Of a stretch of 64,000 nt of DNA, positions 1 through 6,732 are shown piece by piece. A program made the translations under genes and the position numbers. The DNA comes from Betaproteobacteria bacterium (GTDB taxonomy: Bacteria; Pseudomonadota; Gammaproteobacteria; Burkholderiales; Usitatibacteraceae), in the NCBI GenBank assembly GCA_016711875.1, contig JADJSD010000006.1, forward strand, positions 99,470 through 163,469, read 5' to 3'. A model generated the notes under the pieces. That model did not search any database, had not been told where the DNA came from, and saw only the letters and a list, made by a program, of their open reading frames with translations. How positions within the stretch are numbered: position 1 is the first letter of the stretch; each line of letters begins with the position of its first letter.

Positions 1-297
1 GGCAGCGCCGACATCCAGAACCTGCTGGGCTATTCCTACCGGATGAAGGGCGACGTCGAGACGTCGTTCCGCTACTACCACCGCGCGCTGCAGATCAACC
101 CGGACCACCGCGGCGCCCACGAGTACATCGGCCGCTCCTACCTGCTGCTCGGGCAGGAGGACAAGGCACGCGCGCACCTCGCGCACCTGGAGCAGACGTG
201 CCTGGGCGAATGCCCGGAGCGCGATTCGCTCCGGTCCGCCATCACCGAGGGCTGGCCCTGGCGCAAGGGCGTTCGCGTGGGAAGCCGCGGCTACTAG
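1..297 (+). CDS. TPR-repeat protein, C-terminal fragment (gene starts upstream of the window)
   Basis: Frame 1 is open from base 1 to TAG 295-297. The translation ...NLLGYSYRMKGDVETSFRYYHRALQINPDHRGAHEYIGRSYLLLGQEDKARAHLAHLE shows two TPR-like repeats (Y..AL..NP....A....G). Confidence 0.6.
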   Translation, partial: GSADIQNLLGYSYRMKGDVETSFRYYHRALQINPDHRGAHEYIGRSYLLLGQEDKARAHLAHLEQTCLGECPERDSLRSAITEGWPWRKGVRVGSRGY

Positions 298-1253
298 CGG
301 TCGCCGGACGCGAGGTACGCCGCCAGCTGGTCGTAGGTCGCGCCGAATCCGCCCCGCATCGACTCGTGGTGCCCCCGGAAGCGGGCACGTTCGGCCTCGT
401 TCGCGTTCAGGGGACCGCCTCGCAGCGTGAGCGTGGTGCGCCCCCCGCCCTCTTCCAGGGTGAGGACGTTCAGCACCTCGAGCGGCCAGTCCGCGAAGAA
501 GGGCGCGCGCGTGAGGGCGCCTTCCGGATCCGAGAACGAGGAGACGTACACCAGCCGGTGCATCGGCGTGATCTCCCGGTAGACGAATCGGCCCCACATC
601 TCCTGCCCTGCGGGCGTTCGCATCCCATAGAGGAAAATGCCGCCGGGCGAGAGCTCGAACCGCTTCACCGTCGTCGCCATGCCCTTCACGCCCCACCATT
701 TCGCGAGGCGGTCGGCATCGGTGTGGGCCTTCCAGACGAGGTCGAGCGGCGCTTCGAACGTGCGCACGATCGTGAACGGGTCCTGCAGCACGAGGTGCTC
801 GGCCAGGCGCGCGAGGTGACCCTCGAGCCCCTCGAGCGCTCCACGGGTCTCGATCAGGTGGTCACGGAGCTCGTCCGACGGGAAGTGCATGGTCATCGTG
901 AGGCGCGTGCGGCTTCCTTCCTCGGCGAAACGCACTTCCACTTCGAAGCGCACGTCCTCGGTCTCCCCGGCGCCGCGGTGCCGGTAGCGCAGGCGCGAGG
1001 GCTCATTCACCTCGACGAAGACGATGATGTTCTCGTAGTCGTGCCCGTCGGGGCCGTGCATCGTGAAGCGCCACTCCCCTCCCGTCTCGACGACGCCGTG
1101 CTGCGTCGTGGTGGTGAAGCCGCGCGGGCCCCACCATTCGCCCAGGTGCGAGACATCCGTCCAGGCGCGCCAGACGAGGTCGCGCGGGGCGTCGAGGAGG
1201 CGTTCGGCGAGGATCTGCTTCGGGGCGAGGCGGATGCCTTCGAGGTCGTTCAT
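294..1253 (-). CDS. SRPBCC/AHSA1 (Aha1-like) family protein with two tandem domains
   Basis: ORF 294..1352; preferred start is ATG (comp.) 1251-1253 (MNDLEGIRL...). The signature occurs twice: DAPRDLVWRAWTDVSHLGEWWGP and EAPLDLVWKAHTDADRLAKWWG. It lies 25 nt downstream of an ArsR-type gene on the same strand. Confidence 0.8.
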   Translation of the reverse strand: MNDLEGIRLAPKQILAERLLDAPRDLVWRAWTDVSHLGEWWGPRGFTTTTQHGVVETGGEWRFTMHGPDGHDYENIIVFVEVNEPSRLRYRHRGAGETEDVRFEVEVRFAEEGSRTRLTMTMHFPSDELRDHLIETRGALEGLEGHLARLAEHLVLQDPFTIVRTFEAPLDLVWKAHTDADRLAKWWGVKGMATTVKRFELSPGGIFLYGMRTPAGQEMWGRFVYREITPMHRLVYVSSFSDPEGALTRAPFFADWPLEVLNVLTLEEGGGRTTLTLRGGPLNANEAERARFRGHHESMRGGFGATYDQLAAYLASGDR

Positions 1254-1278
1254 GGGCGGGGTGTCCTTTTTTCGGGGG

Positions 1279-1638
1279 TCACTGCTTCGCGCGCTTCCCG
1301 GCGCGCTTCGCGTCCTTCGCCTGGACTTCGCGAAGATAACGTTCCAGGCCATCGAGTCTTTCCTCCCAGAGCCGGCGATAGGTCTCGATCCAGTCCGTCG
1401 CGTCGCGCAGCGGCGCGGGCTCGAGCTTGCAGGGACGGAACTGCGCCTGGCGGCCGCGCGAGATGAGACCGGCTTTCTCGAGCACTTTCAGGTGCTTGGT
1501 CACGGCGGGCAGGCTCATGTCGAAGGGCTCGGCCAGTTGCGTGACCGAGGTTTCGCCGCTCGCGAGTCGCGCGAGGATGGCGCGGCGCGTGGGGTCGGCG
1601 AGGGCGGCGAACGTGACGCTCAGGCGGTCGGCGGTCAT
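1279..1638 (-). CDS. ArsR/SmtB-family winged-helix transcriptional regulator
   Basis: 119 aa. FAALADPTRRAILARLASGETSVTQLAEPFDMSLPAVTKHLKVLEKAGLI is the canonical ArsR HTH core. Confidence 0.9.
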   Translation of the reverse strand: MTADRLSVTFAALADPTRRAILARLASGETSVTQLAEPFDMSLPAVTKHLKVLEKAGLISRGRQAQFRPCKLEPAPLRDATDWIETYRRLWEERLDGLERYLREVQAKDAKRAGKRAKQ

Positions 1639-1641
1639 GGC

Positions 1642-1677
1642 GGTTAACCAGGCGGTTATTTAACCGAATGGTAAACC
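1642..1677. promoter_or_regulatory. Candidate operator: three GGTTA/TAACC-type boxes directly upstream of the arsR-type gene
   Basis: GGTTAACC (1642-1649), GGTTAttTAACC (1654-1665) and GGTAAACC (1670-1677) begin 4 nt upstream of the start codon at 1638. These AT-containing palindromic boxes stand out in GC-rich DNA. Confidence 0.3.
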
Positions 1678-1757
1678 CGCGGCCGGGGCCCCTGTCAAGC
1701 GATCGAAGGCGAAGGGTGCCGCAGCGGCGCCGGAGCGCCGCCACTGTCCGGCCCGCG

Positions 1758-2186
1758 TCAGCCCGCCCGGCCGATAATCTGCGCCGTGGCGATCAGTTCC
1801 TGCAGGAGCGCCATCGAGGCATGCCCCGAGATGGCGTAGGGGTCGAGCGCCATCGTCTCCGAGTACTTGAGCAGCATCGAGGGGTTCACCTTGGCGAGGT
1901 TCACCTGCCCCATCGTCCAGCCCGCGAAGCGGCGCTCGGCGATCTCCTCGTAGTGGAGCACCACGACGTCCTTGTGGCGGTCGTCGCGGACGATCTGGTT
2001 GTAGAGCTGGTTCACGGGCCCGCGGCCCCCCTCGATCACCTGCATGAAGATGTCGCCGCTCTGGCACAGGATGCCCGTGATGCCGAGCGCCGGGTTGCGG
2101 GCGCGGGACTGCGCGAGGATGGCGTCCGTGACCTCGGGGGTCGCGGGCTGCGCGGATCGGCTGGCGTAGAGGAGTCGGACGAGCAT
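1758..2186 (-). CDS. Stand-alone BLUF-domain (blue-light, FAD) photoreceptor
   Basis: 142 aa from ATG (comp.) 2184-2186. MLVRLLYASRS...GITGILCQSGDIFMQVIEGGRGPVNQLYNQIVRDDRHKDVVVL...RRFAGWTMG carries the BLUF hallmark Tyr (LLYAS), Gln (FMQVIEG) and Trp/Met (GWTMG). The longer ORF 1758..2537 overlaps folE and is rejected. Confidence 0.85.
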   Translation of the reverse strand: MLVRLLYASRSAQPATPEVTDAILAQSRARNPALGITGILCQSGDIFMQVIEGGRGPVNQLYNQIVRDDRHKDVVVLHYEEIAERRFAGWTMGQVNLAKVNPSMLLKYSETMALDPYAISGHASMALLQELIATAQIIGRAG

Positions 2187-2203
2187 GGCGTTCCTTTTCG
2201 GCT

Positions 2204-2920
2204 TCAGCCGTTCTTGCGGGACAGCAGGGAGAGGAACTCGCGGCGCAGGTTGGCGTCCTTGAGGAACGAGCCGCGCATCACGCTGTTGATCATCTTGGAA
2301 TCGGTGTCCTTCACGCCGCGCCACTGCATGCAGAAGTGGTCGGCCTCCATCACCACCGCGAGGCCGTCGGGCTGCATGCGCGACTGCAGCAGGTCCGCCA
2401 GGCGCGTGACGGCCTCCTCCTGGATCTGCGGGCGGCTCATCACCCAGTCGCACAGGCGCACGTACTTGGAAAGCCCGATGAGGTTCGAGTGCTCGTTGGG
2501 CATCACGCCGATCCAGATCTTGCCCATGATCGGGCACAGGTGGTGGGAGCAGGCGCTCCTCACCGTGATCGGGCCGACGATCATGAGCTCGTTCAGGTGC
2601 TCGATGTTCGGGAATTCCGTCACCGGCGGAACGGGGATGTAGCGGCCCCGGAAAACCTCGGTGAGGTACATCTTGGCGACGCGCCGCGCCGTCTCCTGCG
2701 TGTTGTGGTCGCTCTCGGTGTCGATCACCAGGCTCTCGAGCACGGCGCGCATCTTCGCCTCGACCTCGTCCATGAGCTCGGGCAGCTCTTCCGGCTCGAT
2801 GAAGCGCGCGATGTTGTCGTTGGCGTGGAAGCGCTCGCCGGCGGCCACGACCCGCTCGCGGATGCGGCTCGAGACGGGAGGCGAAGTGCGGGAAGCCTGC
2901 GGGGGTTTCTTGTCGTCCAT
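2204..2920 (-). CDS. folE: GTP cyclohydrolase I (FolE type)
   Basis: 238 aa. ...TARRVAKMYLTEVFRGRY...ELMIVGPITVRSACSHHLCPIMGKIWIGVMPNEHSNLIGLSKYVRLCDWVMSRPQIQEEAVTRLADLL...VVMEADHFCMQWRGVKD matches the FolE core, including the C-x-H-H-x-x-P zinc motif. Confidence 0.9.
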   Translation of the reverse strand: MDDKKPPQASRTSPPVSSRIRERVVAAGERFHANDNIARFIEPEELPELMDEVEAKMRAVLESLVIDTESDHNTQETARRVAKMYLTEVFRGRYIPVPPVTEFPNIEHLNELMIVGPITVRSACSHHLCPIMGKIWIGVMPNEHSNLIGLSKYVRLCDWVMSRPQIQEEAVTRLADLLQSRMQPDGLAVVMEADHFCMQWRGVKDTDSKMINSVMRGSFLKDANLRREFLSLLSRKNG

Positions 2921-2930
2921 GGTCGGTATC

Positions 2931-3602
2931 CTACCCCGCGCGGCGCGATGGCCGCCGGGGCTTCGGGTACTGCACGATCTTCGCGAGCCGGGTTTCGAAC
3001 GGATCGCGGCGCGAGAGTTCCCGCGTTCCCTTCGCGGCGACGAGCGGGTAGTGGCGAAGCCCCTGCAGGCGGTCGTGCACGGGCCAGCACATCGCCTCGC
3101 TGGTCACCCACGCGGCCGGATCGATGCGACGAAGGTCGTACGGCACGCTGTAGCTGCGCAGCGTGTGCCGGCCGCGCCGGTCGCAGTACTCGTGGAAGTA
3201 GCTCATGGCGAGCTCGCGCAGCGTCCGGTAGACCGGGTCGCGATAGCGCAACACGCCGCCATTGGTCTTCGAGATCGCGCCCCAGAGGCGGCCCTGCCGG
3301 AACACCGTGATGCAATGCGGGTAGTCGGAGAGGTCGCAGTCCAGGTGCATGATGAGAGGCGGACGCCCGTGGACCCAGAGCGCCGCGGCGGCGACGAACG
3401 CGCCCTCGAGGCAATGCGCGCGCCGCTGGCGCAGCACCTCGCGCACGGAAAGCAGCGATTCGCCGCCGATCTCGTGGTTGGCGGGCACTCGGTTGAGGAA
3501 CGCCTGGATCTTCTGCGGCGTGGCGAGGCGATCGAGCGTCGCGAACTCACCGGACGTGAGTCCGAGGTCCTCGCGGCGTGCGGTGCGGCGGGTGGAGGCC
3601 AT
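2931..3602 (-). CDS. Hypothetical protein with a transglutaminase/papain-like Cys-His signature
   Basis: 223 aa from ATG (comp.) 3600-3602 (MASTRRTARRE...). It has coherent non-repetitive composition and contains AHCLEGAFVAAAALWVHGRPPLIMHL followed by DYPHCITVF. The stop is 10 nt upstream of the folE start. The function is only inferred. Confidence 0.55.
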   Translation of the reverse strand: MASTRRTARREDLGLTSGEFATLDRLATPQKIQAFLNRVPANHEIGGESLLSVREVLRQRRAHCLEGAFVAAAALWVHGRPPLIMHLDCDLSDYPHCITVFRQGRLWGAISKTNGGVLRYRDPVYRTLRELAMSYFHEYCDRRGRHTLRSYSVPYDLRRIDPAAWVTSEAMCWPVHDRLQGLRHYPLVAAKGTRELSRRDPFETRLAKIVQYPKPRRPSRRAG

Positions 3603-3655
3603 GCGTCGCGACTCCCGGGGCGGGGCGATGGGCGCATTCTGGCACGCCGCCGGAA

Positions 3656-4597
3656 TCAGGCGAGGACGAGGCGGCTCCCCCGGTAGTCGATGAAGAAGCG
3701 ACGGCCCTGGAAGAAGCCGACCCCGATCGTGCTCGTGCGGGTTTCGTCGACGGGATTGGGCGAGTCGGAATAGACGGGCGAGGGGACCGCGATCCGCGCG
3801 CCGCCCCAGTGCACCGTCACGGCCGGGCCGACCCGGTCCTCCCTCACGCCGTTCACCAGGCAGCTGCGGCGCACCTCGCCTTGCGTGGGCATCACGACGG
3901 CCGGATGGCTCCCGGCCACGAGGGTGAGCGCGCGATTGAGCCCGGTGTCGACGTTCAGCCGCGTGTCGAACTCCCGGCCGTCGGACATCCGCAGGCGCGT
4001 CTCGACGAACGGATGGCGTCCCTGGAAGGTGAGGGCCAGCGCCGAGGCGCCCTCCGGCGGCTTCCACGCGTCGGGCTCATGCAGCCGCACGACTTTCGCC
4101 ACGGTGTCGATCTCCACCACGAAGCGCCGGAAGAGGTCCGCGCCGATCACGCCGCCGAAACCCACCGCCTCGAAGCGTTCGCGGCACGGGAGGGTCCGCT
4201 CGGGCACGAGGACGGCCGAAAGCCCGCTGTAGGCGACCCCGCCGAAGGCGATCGCGAAGCCCTTGCCGATCACCCCGGTGGGTGTCGCGGGGTTGGCGGG
4301 ATCCCCCAGCGGTTTCGCCTCGCGGGTGTCGAGCCCGAGGGCGGTGGTGCGAGGGCCATCGAGCAGCACGGTGACGGGCGCGCCGGTATCGAGGATGAAG
4401 TCGACGTCGGCCCGGCGGTTCACGCGGCCGCGCAGGAGCACCAGCCCGCCCGGGCCCTCGCGGTAGGCGAGCTCGACGGGCGAGCCGCCCTCGACGCTGA
4501 CCGTGGGCTCCGGAAAGCCCATGAGGGCCTGATGCAAGTCGCAGCCCGCGAGCGCCAAAGCCGCGCACGTCCCGATTGCCCGCGCCGTCATTCTCAT
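3656..4597 (-). CDS. Lipoprotein with two retropepsin-like aspartyl-protease lobes
   Basis: Start ATG (comp.) 4595-4597 (MRMTARAIGTCAALALAGCD has a lipobox LAGC). Two D-T-G catalytic motifs are present: FILDTGAPVTVLL and LNVDTGLNRALTL. Confidence 0.7.
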   Translation of the reverse strand: MRMTARAIGTCAALALAGCDLHQALMGFPEPTVSVEGGSPVELAYREGPGGLVLLRGRVNRRADVDFILDTGAPVTVLLDGPRTTALGLDTREAKPLGDPANPATPTGVIGKGFAIAFGGVAYSGLSAVLVPERTLPCRERFEAVGFGGVIGADLFRRFVVEIDTVAKVVRLHEPDAWKPPEGASALALTFQGRHPFVETRLRMSDGREFDTRLNVDTGLNRALTLVAGSHPAVVMPTQGEVRRSCLVNGVREDRVGPAVTVHWGGARIAVPSPVYSDSPNPVDETRTSTIGVGFFQGRRFFIDYRGSRLVLA

Positions 4598-4761
4598 GTC
4601 GGTAAGCCCCCGCCGTGGATGAAGCGATTGGGACGCCGCGAATCCGTCATCTGGATTCAACGGCGCCATAGTAGACTCGGCCCGCCGGCTCGAACGAGCG
4701 CCAGAAGCCCGGGGGCCGGTGCCGGGGGAGTGTCCATCCATCCAGGAAAAGGGGAGTCTCC

Positions 4762-5631
4762 ATGAACGCCATTCGCCGCGCCGTCGCCGGGGCCTGCATC
4801 GGCCTCGCGTCCACCGCCGTCCTTGCCCAGTCGATCGACAACGGGAGCATCGGCAAGCCCGAGTTCCGCGAGCACAAGCACACCTACGGCCTGGTGTACC
4901 GGCTGCCGAAGGAAGTCACCGACATCCTCGACGCGAAGATCTACCCGCCGCTGCGCAAGAAACTCGGCGAGCTGGGCCTGCACGCCGAAGCGCGCACTTT
5001 CAACCTGCAGCACGTGACGGTGGTGCACATCCACAACGCCGATCCCTCCACCCCCGCGAAGATGCTGAAGGCGCTGCCGAAGGTGCCGCCGGTGCTGAAC
5101 CTCACGCTCAAGGACTTCTACAACACCGAGGCCTCGAAGGGCGCCGGCGCCCCGTGGTGGTTCGACCTGGGCGTGGTGAAGAGCGGGCAGGGATACACCG
5201 AGATGATGTCCTACAACACCGTGGCCACCGCCACGCTCACGCCGCTTCGCGATGGTCCCCTGCCGCGCTGCACCGGCCCGGTCTACGCCAACATGAGCGA
5301 CGTGGCCAAGGAACTCACCCGCACGGTCGGCGTCTCCGGCGTGAACGTGATGAAGGACGGCAAGGAGACCGCCTCGCACAACCCGCACAACACGCTGATG
5401 TACAGCATGACGAAGTACGACGCGCGCCTGCAAACGGCGATGAAGGATTTCGCCGCCGAGATGGACAAGGTGCTGCCGGCGGGCATCGCGACCCAGTTCA
5501 AGGACGTCTCGATCGTGGAGATCGGCTTCATGGGCAACGTGATCCGCGAGTTCTACCGCATCAACCTCGCCGACGGCACCGTCTTCGACACGACGAGCGG
5601 CCAGCCGGCGAAGGGCGGCTGGCAGAAATAG
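4762..5631 (+). CDS. Secreted protein, putative 2H phosphoesterase superfamily member
   Basis: 289 aa with signal peptide MNAIRRAVAGACIGLASTAVLAQS. Two H-x-T/S-x motifs are present (LQHVTVVH and NPHNTLMY). The stop is 2 nt before the next gene. The function is inferred from motifs only. Confidence 0.65.
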   Translation: MNAIRRAVAGACIGLASTAVLAQSIDNGSIGKPEFREHKHTYGLVYRLPKEVTDILDAKIYPPLRKKLGELGLHAEARTFNLQHVTVVHIHNADPSTPAKMLKALPKVPPVLNLTLKDFYNTEASKGAGAPWWFDLGVVKSGQGYTEMMSYNTVATATLTPLRDGPLPRCTGPVYANMSDVAKELTRTVGVSGVNVMKDGKETASHNPHNTLMYSMTKYDARLQTAMKDFAAEMDKVLPAGIATQFKDVSIVEIGFMGNVIREFYRINLADGTVFDTTSGQPAKGGWQK

Positions 5632-5633
5632 CC

Positions 5634-6626
5634 ATGGCGGCGAACCCGGCCGGGAACCTCCTCGAGGTCGACGCCCTCGAGGCGCTCGTCCTCGTCGACA
5701 ACGTGACGGATGCGCTATCGACGGTCCCCGCGGGCGTCGCCAACGAGACCGCGGCGCTCCTCGCCGCGGGCCTCACCGAGATGTCGGGCGAGGCCAAGTG
5801 CTGCGCCCACCATGGCCTGTCGCTGCTCCTCGCGGCGCGCGCGGGCGATGCGACGCGATTCATGATGTTCGACGCCGGCCCCGAGGCCTACACGCTCGGC
5901 CGCAACGCCGCCCTGCTGGGCGTGCCGTTCGAGCGCATCGAGGCGGTGGCCCTTTCCCACGGCCACTGGGACCACGGCGGGGGCCTCGTCGAGGCCGTTC
6001 GACGAATCGCCGCCGCCCGCGGCGCCCCGGTGCCCTTTCACGTGAACGAAGGCATGTTCGCCCGGCGCGGCAACACGCAGCCCGGCGGCAAGGTCCTTCC
6101 CTACCGCGACATCCCGTCCGCGGCCGAACTGGAGGCCGCAGGCGCCGTCGTGGAGAGTTCCCCCGGGGCGCGCCTGCTCGTGGACGGCCACTTCTACCTG
6201 AGCGGCGAGATCCCGCGCGTGACGGCCTACGAGAAGGGCTATCCGGGCCACATGCGCCGCGCCGCGGCCGGCGGCTGGGAGGACGACCCCTGGCTCCTCG
6301 ACGAGCGCTACCTCGCCGTGAAGGTGAAGGGCAAGGGGGTCGTCGTCTTCTCCATGTGCTCCCACGCGGGCGTGGTGAACGTGCTGAAGGATGCGGGCCG
6401 CGCGTTCTCCGGCACGCCGCTGCACGCGGTCATGGGCGGCTTCCACCTGTCGGGGCCGACCGTCGAGCCGGCGATCGCCGAGACTGTGCTGGACCTCCTC
6501 AAGTTCGGCCTGAAGCGCATCGTGCCGGCCCACTGCACGGGCTTTCGCGCGTTCACCGCGCTCGCGCAGGCGTGCGAGCCGGGCGTGCTCTTCCCCTCGG
6601 CGGTCGGTCGCCGGTTCAGCTTCTAG
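5634..6626 (+). CDS. MBL-fold metallo-hydrolase (COG1237-type)
   Basis: Start ATG 5634 inside ORF 4719..6626 (MAANPAGNLLEVDALE...). CCAHHGLSLLL...MFDAGPE...AVALSHGHWDHGGGL is the H-x-H-x-D-H beta-lactamase-fold motif, in the arrangement typical of COG1237. Confidence 0.85.
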   Translation: MAANPAGNLLEVDALEALVLVDNVTDALSTVPAGVANETAALLAAGLTEMSGEAKCCAHHGLSLLLAARAGDATRFMMFDAGPEAYTLGRNAALLGVPFERIEAVALSHGHWDHGGGLVEAVRRIAAARGAPVPFHVNEGMFARRGNTQPGGKVLPYRDIPSAAELEAAGAVVESSPGARLLVDGHFYLSGEIPRVTAYEKGYPGHMRRAAAGGWEDDPWLLDERYLAVKVKGKGVVVFSMCSHAGVVNVLKDAGRAFSGTPLHAVMGGFHLSGPTVEPAIAETVLDLLKFGLKRIVPAHCTGFRAFTALAQACEPGVLFPSAVGRRFSF

Positions 6627-6732
6627 CGGCGGCGCCCCGGGCGTCAGGCGTGGCGCCCCCGCGGACACGGTGTAGCATGGAGGTATCCCCGTCCCAGAAT
6701 CCGACCGGCGAGTCCCTTCTCGCGCCGCCCCC

